Assembly: GCA_051294375.1 (NCBI GenBank)
Contig: CM119269.1
Span: 11,514,883-11,578,882 of the forward strand
Direction: 5' to 3'
Source of the DNA: Paraspadella gotoi
Taxonomy: Eukaryota > Animalia > Chaetognatha
Length of the DNA: 64,000 bases
Below are positions 11,502-24,268 of this stretch, in pieces; the first letter of the stretch is position 1; every line of letters starts with the position of its first letter. Made by a program: the position numbers and the translations under genes. The notes beneath the pieces were generated by a model. The model ran no database searches. It had not been told where the DNA came from and saw nothing but the letters and a program-made list of their open reading frames with translations.

Positions 11502-13153
11502 TCAATCGAAAATTTTTTTCAAATTCTCCTCGTAAATTCCTATAAAAGCCATAATCCCGAGTCCCAATGAAATTCCAGTCATTTGCAACAGAAAAAGTTG
11601 ACAAGGGCCGATATTCCGATCCGTTGTCGCTGTTGTTGTTGTTGTTGTCGTTTCGAAGTCTCCATCGCCAAGGTTCAAAGTCAATTCCGGCAAAAGATCC
11701 GCCAATGAAATGTAGAGAAAACTTCCGGCTGATTGAAATAGAAAGATTTTTTTTAACAAAGATGCATTTTAATACGAAGTAAACTTTGTACAAAAACGGC
11801 AACTTCTTCATAATTCAAACCAATTCAAGTCTATTGAATAATTATTTATTCAACCTCTATTTACAGTTTTTTTTTATTTAATCTAATTCCGTTTAATTAA
11901 ATTAGAATCAATTCGATTCATATCGATTCAAATATCATATCTAAAATTATATCAATTCGATTCATCTCAATTTCGTCGACACCTGCTCCAACATCTTGCA
12001 CCTGTTCGCTCCGTCTCTTTTTTCAACGCACCTGTCATCGCGAATATCCAGGTGGAAGTGTCGTGAAATTTCCCCGCGATGAGAAGACCGCAAATTAGGC
12101 CAATCATGGCCAAGATGGATGAAACGATGTTGTAGAAAAAAGCCTGAAAATTTTAGAATTTACAATCTAATAATTATTTTAAAAATTTTAGTTAATACGC
12201 CTTTACCTGCCCTTATCACTACAATATATAAATGAGATTGAGCAATTCATTCCCATTTAAATCGTATTGTGCTCTTACAATGATGTTCCGTTCACTTACT
12301 ATTAGCGACCGTCACTCGCTCACTACTCACATTTTACTTGCTGTTTCTTCACTTCTTAACTTACTCTCTCTTTACTTACCCTTTTAACAATTCTTTATTT
12401 ACTTGTACATAACAGACTTTTTCCATGACTTAAACTTTGTCCACCTTTAACTCAATCTTCTATAAATAATACACATTAAATTTGTATTATTCTAATTGTG
12501 TTCCTATTAATCCCCATCCCTCACTTTTCTTATCCCCATCCCTCATTTTTCTAATCCCTATCCCTAACTTTTCTAATCCTCATTTCTCACTTCCTCATCC
12601 CCATCCGTCACTTTTCTAATCCCCGTCTTTACCTTCCTGATCCCCATCCCTCACTTTTCTAATCCCCATCGCTCAACTTTCTAATCCCCATCCCTCACCT
12701 TCCTAATCCCCATCCCTCACTTTTATAATCCCCATCCTTCACCTTCCTAATCCCCATTCCTCCCTCTTCTAATCCCGATCCCTTACCTTCCTAATCCCCA
12801 TCCCTGCGTTGACCAGCACCGCAAAGTCCCCGATCTCGTGCGGCAACTCGTGGAACAGCACCGCGAGGGCCGTGGCGAGCCCTGCTGCGACTGAGGCTGC
12901 AAAGGCGGCGCCAACCGCCATCCCGTCGGCGAAGTTGTGGACGCCGTCGCCGAGGATCACCATCAAGGCCGTCGACGAGGTGCTGGAGGAGGAGGAGGAG
13001 GGGATGGTGAAGAGAGATTGAGGGTGATCTTACAGTTAAAGATTAATTGAATGTAAAAGACAATTCGTCGTTCATGTGGCCAATCGTTTTCTCGAAGAAT
13101 TATACGTCTTGTAAAGTCACGTATTTCTTTCTCTTTGTCTCATTGTCACTCTG

Positions 13154-13186
<33 letters not shown>

Positions 13187-14126
13187 TTCTCACACACACA
13201 CACACTCACCCATCTCCTTTGTCGTGAGAGTGACCGTGATTGTGACGCTTTACAGACTTCGTTGTCGTCGTCGTCTTCGTCGTCGTCTCACAATTTCCGT
13301 CGACGTCGCTGTTATTATTTTTAATCAAAATCTTTTCTCTCAATTCGCAATCAATTTCCGGTGATCGTTTCACTCTGAAGAACAAAAGGAAAAAATAAAA
13401 CAAATTATTTTGAAGTTCTGGCCTTTCGCTACACAATTTCACAACAATTACATATTACGACTTTAACGAAATTTTGTTAATTCTTTAAATCTAATTGTAT
13501 ATTAGTATATTAGTGCTTATTTTTTCAGTCTATGTGGCACAAGGGTGTATGTCTGTTTGTCTGTCTGTCTTCCTCTCTTCCTTCCCCTCGCTCCCTCCCT
13601 CTCTCTCTCTCCCTCTAACCTCTTCCTCTCTCTCCAAATCATCGTCATCCTCTCAATAAGAAAGAATCCAAACAACCCCAAGGCGGCCATCATTCCTTTC
13701 CCAACGCCCACGACGTGATTGAGGTGCTCGGCGCCGCGCTGCTGGTCCGCGCCGTGGAGGCGCTCGTCGGCGTCGCGAGGGTGCCCGCCAGGCGAGCTCA
13801 TGGAATGAGGGAGAAGATGAAATAGGGCGTCGCCTGTTAGAGATCCGACGGCCAGAGCGATGAAGAACTGCAGCATCTGTAGGGACAAAAATGGATTGTA
13901 TTGAGTAATATAATAGATAAGATTTATTGATTTGATGGGTTAATTATTTGATTGATTGAATTACAGGTTGATTGAATTATTTATTGATTTATTGATTTAT
14001 TGGTTTGTTCTTTATTGATTGATTTATTGATTTCATTATTGATTGATTCATTTTTTATTTAAATGATTGATTTATTGATTTGATTTATTGATTTGATTTG
14101 ATTTAAATATATGATAGGTTAATCTA

Positions 14127-14157
<31 letters not shown>

Positions 14158-15604
14158 AATAATTAAATTAATTGATTGATTGATAGGATTGAATGATTGG
14201 AATTATTTATTTATTTATTCAATTTTTGATTATATTGCTTGATTTCGTTTTTATCTATTTATTAATGGATTAATTAATTTTTTAATTTGTTATTTTCATC
14301 ATTTTTTCTCACTGGTTTGTAATAAGTCTTCTGAGTTAAAGGCACAATGGCGACGCCGATAATTCCGCACATGGAAATTATGAGGATGGAACCGACGGCG
14401 AATCCCCAAGTGCGAAGCGGAATGGAATCCTCGCTGACGATTATAGGAATTTCTCCTGAATGAATTACATATTATCTTGTAAGAGTGATGGAGGCCTTAA
14501 ACCACCAAAGCCTGTCCAAGGTCAGGGACAAGATAGCTTGTTTATTAAATGAATGGATAATTTTAATATCGGTTGTACCAATTTCATATCAATCTATCAA
14601 TCAATCAAAATAACCAATCAATAAACTAAATAATCAATAATTAATTAAATGCAATTAAATGATCAGTAAAATAATTAAATCAATCATTCGAACAATCATT
14701 CTTTCGGGTTATCAATCAATCAATTAATCAATCAATCAACCCATCAATCGAACCTAATCTGACGAAATGTCCGAATCTGTCCTGTCTTTTCTCCATTGCG
14801 CATGCGTCGCTCTCGATCTGGTAAATGAGCGACGGGCAAATGTGAAGAAACATGTCACGTGACACGCCCATCTGAAAAGGAAAAAGTTATATTTCATATT
14901 AAATTCATTTATATTTATTAAATAATTGAACAAATTCATTATCTCAATGAAAAAAAAATATTCCTTTTTTGTAACTTTTGATAACCAAAGGAAGTGAAAT
15001 AGAACAAAAGAAATTGTAAATATAGCAAAATTATCACAATTCAATTTAATTGTAAATAAAACCATATAGTATTTGATTAATATAAATAATCTAAATACCC
15101 GGAAATTTTCCGTCATGTTCTTCCAATAATTTTGAGTCGTCAGACAATCTTGGTTCTCGACTTTCGCTTTGGGTGAGTGAATCATTTTATCGACACGCGA
15201 GTCTGAAAATAACACACGATAAGTGTTTCAAATCCAATAATTACCATCAAATCGATTATAAATTAAACTAAAAATAAAATTCAACATATTATATTATAAT
15301 TAAAACTTTATCTTTAAATCATTCATCCAAACTTCACCTTGGACGGCGTGAAAAGTTTCGTGATGTTGAGCGTGACTTTCTTCTTCTTTTCTTTTCTCAC
15401 GGGATTTTCCTTTTTTCTTTTTTCTTTTCCCATTTTTTTTTCTTTTACGACTTTTTTCTCGGAATTCTTTGTTGTTGTTATGATTTTCTTCGTCGTGATC
15501 GCCGTCTCTATGAACGACGTCGTCTTCGACATTCTTATCGTGTTCATTGGCGACGATGTCTGAAAATTTAAAAAAGTAGAGTGTGAAAGAAAGAAAGAAA
15601 AAAA

Positions 15605-15652
<48 letters not shown>

Positions 15653-16172
15653 AAAAAAGAAAGAAAGAAAGAAGAAAGAAAGAAAAAAAGAAATAAAGAA
15701 AGAAAGAAAAAAAATAAAGAAAGAAAGAAAGAAAGAAAAAAGAAAGAAAGAAAGAAAAAAGAAAGAAAGAAAAAAGAAAGAAAGATAGAAAAAAGAAAGA
15801 AAGGAAGAAATTAGAAAAAAAGAAGAAACTTCTCCCTCATCTTACGTTACAAACATTCAAATGTCTTAATTCATAACCAACGTCGACAAAACCCAACTTG
15901 CTACCGACCGACCGACCCCCAATTCACCGTTCGTGATCCCGTGACGATGCCCGTCGTGGTGAAGTCGTTTGAAGTCTTCACCGGGGAGAATTCTGTGATC
16001 ATGAAGGTCATGATCCTCGATGCGAATCCAGCCCAAGTTGAGATTTTCGAGAAGATGTTCGAATCCCTCGATGGTCAATCGACGATCCTGGAAATCGAGC
16101 ATTTTGGGCTTTGATTTAATTTTTCAAAAAAAATTTAGTTTCGTTGAAAACTATTATTATTTAATATTATTA

Positions 16173-16218
<46 letters not shown>

Positions 16219-16238
16219 TATTATTATTATTATTATTA

Positions 16239-16287
<49 letters not shown>

Positions 16288-16548
16288 TATATTATTATTT
16301 GATTGGTTTAAAATTTCTACCTGACCGTATTTTCCAAAAATCTTCCCCATGTAGAATTTTTCAAAAGACACGAAATCTTTATGGTCATTCATTTCATTGT
16401 GGTCTTCATCGTCGCCTTTGTGGTCGTCACTGCGGTCGCCATCGCTAGGCGCAGGTTTATAGCTCACTGTGGAGGGAACATATGTTTGCGATGCAGCAAT
16501 GGTCAATGCCAAAGCGACATTTAAAATCTCCATGAGCCTCCTTGCCAT
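11502..16548 (-). CDS. SLC39A10: LIV-1 subfamily ZIP zinc transporter (SLC39A6/SLC39A10, fear-of-intimacy-like); 11 exons
   Basis: Phase-consistent exons 16548-16321, 16087-15928, 15559-15338, 15202-15099, 14871-14754, 14455-14313, 13876-13620, 13374-13210, 12982-12787, 12143-12032, 11728-11502. Signal peptide, His-rich ectodomain, CPSLIYQ (CPALLY-like) motif, '[20 protein letters not shown]', HNHGHSH loop, '[10 protein letters not shown]', '[13 protein letters not shown]' (HEXPHEXGD), '[16 protein letters not shown]'. Exact orthology (A6 vs A10) cannot be resolved here. Confidence 0.93.
12507..12805. repeat. 23-bp minisatellite (~12 copies) derived from the ZIP exon 9 end plus its splice donor
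   Basis: Unit CTAATCCCCATCCCTCAC(C/T)TT(C/T)(C/T); the rightmost copy overlaps the coding end (GMGIRK|gtaagg). Confidence 0.9.
14473..14588 (+). repeat. ~115-bp dispersed element (inverted copies at 35430-35550 and 61421-61545; diverged copy at 61805-61945)
   Basis: ATCTTGTAAGAGTGATGGAGGCCTTAAACCACCAAAGCCTGTCCAA...GATAG...TTATTAAATGAATGGATAATT...GGTTGTACCAATTTCAT is near-identical in three places. Confidence 0.85.
15586..15825. repeat. (GAAA)n microsatellite in ZIP intron 2
   Basis: Read directly from the sequence. Confidence 0.95.
16153..16300. repeat. (ATT)n microsatellite in ZIP intron 1
   Basis: Read directly from the sequence. Confidence 0.95.
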
Positions 16549-17003
16549 CGTGATGTCATCGAAAGAAAATTCGGTTTCAACTCGATTTTTTTTTCTATCG
16601 TTGTTTCGCTATTTTCAATTTTGTTATCACAGTTTTACAATCGATCGGAATATAGTTCACGACGTTATCTCTTCTGTTTGATTTGAGTCTCCGTCCGAAG
16701 ATTCAAGTGGCGTGATCGAAAGACGAACATAATTGGTCAGCGAATTTCAGGCGACCAATGAGAGATGAAAGGGTTATCGATTGAGGGTTATCCTTTGAAC
16801 GTTTACCGCCTGAGATTTTTTGGTTATAAAAATATTATGTACAAAAAATACATAGAAGTGGAAGTAGGTCCAAAACGTAAAAAAAAATGTCTTTAGATTG
16901 TTGAGTAGAGTGATGTGAAAATGATAAAATTGAAGAAAATTAAAATTTAGCATATAAAACGTAAAATAAAAACCATTAAAAATACTTTGGTAAACTAATT
17001 TTT

Positions 17004-18492
17004 AGTCGAATCTGCTTATCAGCAGATCCCGACTCTATGATTCACTTTGTCGGTCCGTCGGTCCGCCCCCTCAATATTGTCGGGCACTAACTTATATCAT
17101 GTCAGAACATCGAATTATGATAAATTATGCCAAAAAAATGATGTCCGTCCGTCCGTCCGTCTGTCCCACCTTAGCAAAAAACACCAATTACTCGTGATTG
17201 GATGGATGGATTGGAATGAGATTTTGTGTGTGGGTAGGGAAGTGTGTGATTGAGCTGTATATGAAGTTTCGATGGAATCGTCCGAGTGGAAATGAGTTTA
17301 AATGGAAAAAATAAAAAAATAAATTTCACTATTTGAACACCAATTACTCAAGAGTGGATGAGGCGATTGACTTGAAATTTTGTATTTGCGTAGGAAAGTG
17401 TGTGATTGAGCTGGAAATCAAGTTTCGATGGAATCGTTTGAGTGGAAATGAGTTTAAATGGAAAAAAATAAAAAAACCTGTTTCACTAATTGATTATGCT
17501 TCTTTTTCCTTTTATATTAAATGTAAATGAAGGATGTATTAATAAATCAAATAATTAATCAGTTAATTAATCAATTAGTCAATTAATTAATCAATAATTA
17601 ATTAATTAGTCAATCAATCCGTCCCATCTTAGCAAAAAGCTCCAATAACTCGTGATTGGCTGGTTGGATTGGAATGAAGTTTTGTGCGTGGGTAGGACAG
17701 TGTGAGATGAAGCTGGATATAAAGTTTCGATGGAATCGTACTAGTGGAAATGATTTTAAATGGAAAAAACATAAGTTGCGTTTACTAAAATCTTTTTACT
17801 TATTTTAACCAATAAATACTCTATTTAATCATAATTGGATGAATAGATTTAGTTTAAATTTTATGTGTGGGTAGGAAAGTGTGTGACGAAGCTTGATACA
17901 AAGTTTCGGTGGAAACGTACGAGTGGAAATGAGTTTAAATAAAAAAAAATATGAGTCACATTTACTTGAATCTTTTTGTTTTCACGATCTTGTTAGTCCT
18001 GCAATGTTACTTATTTTAACCCATAATTACTCGAATTAATCATAATTGAATTAATAGATTGAAAAGGAAAGTGTGTGAAGAAACTAGATATACAGTTTTG
18101 ACGGAATTGTGCCTGTGGAAATGAGTTTAAATGGAAAAAACATAATTCACATTTTCTTGAATCTTTTTTATTTATGATTACTAATAAATGTTTTAATTAA
18201 TTAATTAATTTGAAAAAATGATACAATTTAAAAAAATTATGCAAGTTGAAAAAATGATACAAGTTAAAAAAAATGATGTGAATTGTAAAAATGATGTAAA
18301 TTGAAAAAATGATGAGTTGAAAAAATTATGTGCATGAAAAAAATGATGCGAGTTGAAAAAATGATGTGAGTTAAAAAAATGATGCAAATTGTAAAAATGA
18401 TGTAAATTTTTAAAATATTGTGATTTATTATTGATTAGCAGATTACCGCTTAATTATTGTAAGCAGATCCGACATTGTTTGCTCAAACTAGT
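17004..18492 (+). mobile_element. Helentron/DINE-1-like family 1, apparently complete copy
   Basis: T-run flank; 5' AGTCGAATCTGCT-TATC-AGCAGATCCCGACT; (GTCC)n; internal repeats; 18-19-bp TGCAAGTTGAAAAAATGA array (18205-18405); 3' GCAGATCCGAC plus hairpin GTTTGCTCAAAC, then TTT. Confidence 0.75.
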
Positions 18493-18837
18493 TTATTTCC
18501 TACATTAGTGGGCACCAGTGAGCTACATTTATCTATAGTAAGTAATAAGTATATAATGGCTAAAAATTCAAAATACAATTTTTTAAATTTTAAGATCGGA
18601 TTTGGATTCCTTACAAAAAAGTTAATATATTAAAGTATAATTCTTTTTTTAAAAATTCTTTCATTAAGTTGGTCAAAAATTTAAAACATATATTTAAGAT
18701 GCCGATTTTTAATTTCGAGCTTAAAAATATATTTTTTTGTAATTTTAACCTACTTAATGACATAATTTTTGAAAAAGATTTATATTTTCTTTTATCAACT
18801 TTTAACAAGGAATCTGAATCTGTTCTCAGAATTAAAA

Positions 18838-19200
18838 ACAAGTTGAGCAAACAATGTCGGATCTGCCTACGATAATTAAGTGGTAATAAGCTAACTTGGT
18901 CAACTTGCATAATTTAATCAACTTGCATAATTTGGTCAACTGACTTAATTTGTTCAACTGACATAATTTATCAACTGCTAATTTGGTCAATGGCATAATT
19001 TGGTCAACAGGCATAATTAGTCAACTTGCAAATTTGGTCAACTGGCATAATTTGGTCAACTTTTGTGTAGACAGACGGACGGACGGACGGACGGACGAAC
19101 ATTTTTTTGCATAATTTATCATAATTTGGTTCTGATATGATAATAATGATTTACCGACAATATTTACAGTCGGAATCTGCTGATAAGCATATCCGACTAA
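18838..19200 (-). mobile_element. Short Helentron/DINE-1-like family 1 copy
   Basis: Reverse complement of both termini (AAGTTGAGCAAACAATGTCGGATCTGC ... CTGCTGATAAGCATATCCGACTAAAA) with an internal 19-bp GCATAATTTGGTCAACT array and (GGAC)n. Confidence 0.7.
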
Positions 19201-19224
19201 AAACATTTTGAAATTTTGACATTA

Positions 19225-22052
19225 CACGGTTCCTTTTTACATCGATTTACTCGGCATGGAGTGCACAAGAATGAGATGTCCCGGGATACGTTTCCGGACT
19301 TGGGCTACACAAAAAAAGGGTAATCAAATTTTTCCTAATGACAGTTTTTTTATAAATTAATATTAAAATTAGCTATATAAAATCAATAAGTAGAATAAAA
19401 AATTTAAAAATGGTTTAAATTTTTTAAAAATGAAAATATCATGCATCATCCATAATCTATGAACAATTTTTTTCGTTTGAGTCCATAACCATTATTCTAT
19501 CTTTAATAGTTTATTTGTAATTAATTTTTCTTTATTAAAATATATTTTAATTTTTTTTCAAATAATTTAAATTAAAAAAATTATAACTATGCCAAATGAT
19601 TGAAGAAAAATTTTATATTATAAGGGACTTACCTACCTAATATAGGCCTTCAAATACATATATAGTAAGTTTATTATGATGATGTTTTGACATAGAAAAT
19701 AAATAATTTATAAAATTAAATATATGAAAAAAATTTTAACTTTGAATTTTTTTTTAGCATAATAAACATAATTATTAATTAATTGTTCATGATGCTTTTA
19801 ATAGCTACTGGTCAGTTGTATTATTCTCAATTATAATAATTTTATAACTTTTTTTATTTTTAGTAATACTGACTGCTATATTTACTAACTTTTGACAAAA
19901 TCCAAAAATTACTGGTATTTAAAAATTATGTATGAAACAGACAAAAACTTTTTTTTAAATCACATGCTATTTAATTGTTTGAACTGATATAAATATTATC
20001 CTTGGACAAAATTTAAAAAGTTTTAAACAATCCCAACTAGACATTTTTAAGGCCAAAAGTTAGGTTGTTTAAAAAAAACTGCAAGATGCAAAAAAGTAAT
20101 AAAAAAGTTATTTTCTTGAATATCTTTTGAAAAAAAAAGAGGTAGCAAGGTGGGTGTGGTATCAAATTAAAGCCCTAATTATGGGACATATTTCTTGAAC
20201 AGTTTGGTTAAATTTTATCCAAAAATCTTTACACAGTTTTTATTTAAATACGAGTTAAAAGTATAACAGTTTTTTGCATTACAAATTTCAATGAAGGCAT
20301 ATAAAATTTTTGTTTTTCTTTTGTAAATTAAAAGAGGAAAGTCTGATTACATTTTAATTACCATTAAATTTTCTCTACTTTATAAATTTGCTTGTATTTT
20401 TCAGTTAAAGTAAAAACAAGCAAAAAATTTGTAGTAGCTTGATAAAATGTTTTTTTAAATATAAAAAATGATAAATAATAAAATGTTTTCAGCTTGATAT
20501 AAACAGTCTGGACGTCTACCTCTTGTCTGTGAAAAAAAAATAATCATTTTTCATTATCTTTAACTGCAAAGAAAAAGCTTGATATACTGCTTGTTTATCA
20601 TAATAAAATTTTTAAAAATTACTTAACTGCTGACATATTTGACAAAGCAAGACATCATTGTGTTGAATTGTATTGATAATTTTCTTTAAATATAACAACC
20701 TTTATAAAGGGAATTTAATTCTATTATTTATCATCCATTTGAATTAAGAAAAAAAAATTCGCGAAAAGGGTTCATTGACTGACTTAATGATTGCATTTTT
20801 TAAGGTTTCTTTACTGCCCCCATTACGCAAGACATAAAAGGTCATTATTATCATGTCACTATGTACAGATTTTCTCTACCCTTTATCCACCTGAATTCTG
20901 AATTTTCTTTTTTTCCCTTTCAAATGTATTAAATAAAAAAATTATAGGAGAGAACGATCAGCATGGAGGATACCGTTGGTAAGCCTTAGTTACCCCACTT
21001 CCCGATCAAATTTTTAAACAAGGTTTTTTTTTCATCTATTCTAGACATAAATCTAACTATTGGTACTATTTATTTTTATTTTTTTACATTCTCTTTCGCG
21101 TAATCAAAAAAAAAAAATTATAGAAAAAAAAAGTAAAACGTTTTCAAAAATTAAAAAATCTATAGAGGAATCTACTATACTTAACAAATATACTGATGTT
21201 AATATGTGTTAGAACTTTGATGCCCACTCCAAATAAAAAAACTGTTAAATATACTGCTTTTCTGTCATATTAAAAGAGGCTACTGAATTAAGTTAAAACC
21301 TACAAAGCAGTCCGAATATCAAATATTTATACATTTGACAACCTTAAAAATGTCTAGTTGGTGTGTTTAAAACTTTTTAAATTTTGTCCAAGGATAATAT
21401 TATATCAGTTCAAACAATTAAATAGCATGTGATTTAAAAAAAAAAATTCGTCTGTTTCATACATAATTTTTAATACCAGTAATTTTTGGTTTTGTCAAAA
21501 GTAAATATAGCAGTCAGTATTACTAAAATAAAAAAATTCAAAGTTTAAATTTTTCATATATTTAATTTTATAAATTATTTATTTTCTATGTCAAAACATC
21601 ATTATAATAATCTTACTATATATGTATTTGAAGGCCTATATTAGGTATATAGTCCCTTATAATATAAAATTTTTCTTCAATCATTTGGCATAGTTATAAT
21701 TTTTTTAATTTAAATTATTTGAAAAAAATTAAAATAATATTTTAATAAAGAAAAATTAATTACAAAAAACATTAAAATAGATAATGGTTATGGACTCAAA
21801 CGAAAGAAATTGTTCATAGATTATGGATGATGCATGATATTTTCATTTTAAAAAAATTTAAACCATTTTAAATTTTTTTATTCTACTTTATTGATTTTAT
21901 ATAGCTAATTTTAATATTAATTTATAAAAAAACTGTCATTAGGAAAAATTTGATTACCCTTTTTTTGTGTAGCCAAAGGTCCGGAAACGTATCCCGGGAC
22001 ATCTCATTCTGGTCACTCCATGCCGAGTAAATCGATGTAAAAAGGAACCGTG
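19225..22052. mobile_element. Non-autonomous long-TIR (foldback) DNA transposon, Chapaev/CMC-like
   Basis: Termini CACGGTTCCTTTTTACATCGATTTACTCGGCATGGAG / CTCCATGCCGAGTAAATCGATGTAAAAAGGAACCGTG; inverted arms ~19225-20052 and ~21342-22052; flanked by ATTA on both sides (4-bp TSD); no ORF. Confidence 0.8.
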
Positions 22053-23674
22053 ATTATGTAAGGGTAGTACTATGTACAAAATAAGCTGACTGGGCTACTA
22101 TATTTATAAAAAAAGAAAAATAACAATAGATTAGTATTCACTGATATAATAGTTTTCAAGATATCACTGATAAATTTTGATTCCAAACTTTCACTTCACC
22201 CTATTGTTGAGATGAAAATTGTAATTACTTAAGTCTACGATAGTTCAAATCGTCTCATGATTACATAATAGGCCATTGTTATCTATCTTTATTTATTCAT
22301 GACAATATGATGGTTCTACTAATTAACTTAAGAAATGTTTTAACAATTAGAATAATGAATTGCAATCAAATCACATAAATACAAGGTGACTCACAACAAC
22401 CCGCCGCTAGAAAAAAATCTTCATTTGCAAACTTGTAAAGATTTTTTTAATCTAAAAATTTTTTTTGTCAAAAAAACTAAAGTAATTTATATATCCAAAT
22501 TGATTTTGATTGGTTTTGATTTGATTTAGCAGTGAGCAGAGAAAAGATGCCTTTAAAATCGTCTGAAGAGACAGTAATAATTTTTATATGTTAGTAACAG
22601 AACCTGAGCTTCGGATCAGGCTGTAACACCGTGTTACAGGCAGGTTAAGCGCCCCATCCCTCTTAACTGCTAGGCGACCACCGGGCTAGAACCCCGTTCC
22701 TTTGGGTTGGCGAATGACCTTCATTTTAAAACTCATTTTAGTCGGATCTGCTTTCAGCAGATCCCGACTCTATAATTCACTTTGTCGGTCTGTGGGTTTG
22801 AACCCGGAACCCTCTGGCCTTAGGCCGAGATTCAACCTGAATCGCCAGTAAGGCTTTTAAGAGTGACTTTACTAAACATCCATTTATTATTAGTATTATC
22901 TTACTTTGTTGACCTTTTGTTAGACTAAAACAAAAGAGCAAATGATTTAATAAATCAGCTGTTTCCTCATCTATATGCTTTGATTATTTTATTAAGGTGA
23001 CCTTTTATTATGAACCAAGCAAGATTGGTTTAGAGAACTTTTATCCAAGCTCAACAATAACTTTTATTGCCACGGACGTCAGAGCCTACGCCACTTCCTT
23101 TCCTACGTCAATCTTCTCAAGACGTTGAGCTGCTTAAACGTCACCTACAGGTCCGTCGGTCCGCCCCCTCAATCTTGTCGGGCATTCACTTATATCATGT
23201 CAGAACATGGAATTATGATAAATTATGCAAAAAAAAAACGATGTCCGTCCATCCATCCGTCCGTCCCACCTAAGCAAAAAACACCAATTACTCGTGATTG
23301 GATGGATGGATTGGAATGAAATTTTGTGTGTGGGTAGGGAAGTGTGTGATTGAGCTGGATATGAAGTTTCGATGGAATCCTCTGATTGGAAATGAGTTTA
23401 AATGGAAAAATCATAAAAATATATTTCACTATTTGAACACCAATTACTCATGAGTGGATGGGGCGATTGACTTGAAATATTGTATTTGGGTAGAAAAGTG
23501 TGTGATTAAACTGGAAATCAAGTTTCGATGGAATCGTTTGAGTGGAAACGAGTTTAAATAGAAAAAACAAAGAACCTGTTTAACTAATTGATTATGCTTC
23601 TTTTTCGTTCTATATTAAATGTAAATGCAAGATGTATTAATTATTCAAATAATTAATCAGTTAATTAATCAAAT

Positions 23675-24268
23675 TGAAGAAGATTCCTTGGGGGGGGGTT
23701 TCTCAGTTTCAGATGAGAACATTGTTTGAGCAGTGCTTAATCTCGAAAGATAATAATAGAATAATAACTTTTTTAAGTATTCAATATCCAATAATCATTG
23801 AAAGACGTGCATCAGAATGACAGAGAGCCAAAATGCAGCAGCAGCAGTAGAGCTGATACGCAGCAACAGTAGCAGTAGAGCCGAGATGCAGCAACAGCTC
23901 AAAGCTACATAAAAGCTTAAAATTAATTAACATATTCAAATAATTTCACAAATATCATTTAATACCTGATGGTCTCAGAGGAATCTCCCAAAAAATTAAG
24001 AATTTACTCTCCTTTTACAAAGACAAAATTATAACAACCAATGAGAGGAGAGTTCACATTTTGAGAATAAAATCAAAACGCCTACTAGTTATTATTAACC
24101 AATGAGAGACCAGATATTCAAATTCAATGTATAAAATTCAACCAATTAGAGGCTTTAAACAGAACTATTGGAGTCATTCAATTATACTTTAAATTCAGAT
24201 ATTTGAGCCATTTAAAAATAAAAGGTCAGGGCTCAATTCAGATAAAAATCATTATAAACTCTTTAACA
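23675..24268. mobile_element. Solo LTR (594 bp)
   Basis: TG...CA ends (TGAAGAAGA / TCTTTAACA); 5-bp TSD CAAAT at 23670-23674 and 24269-24273; the uninterrupted host sequence TTAATTAATCAAATAGT is visible in the family-1 copy near 3622. Confidence 0.8.

Noticed and set aside
15099-15202. Possible frameshift in ZIP exon 4 (alternative read [13 protein letters not shown])
   Set aside because: The exon as written is already in phase with both neighbours, so no correction is required.
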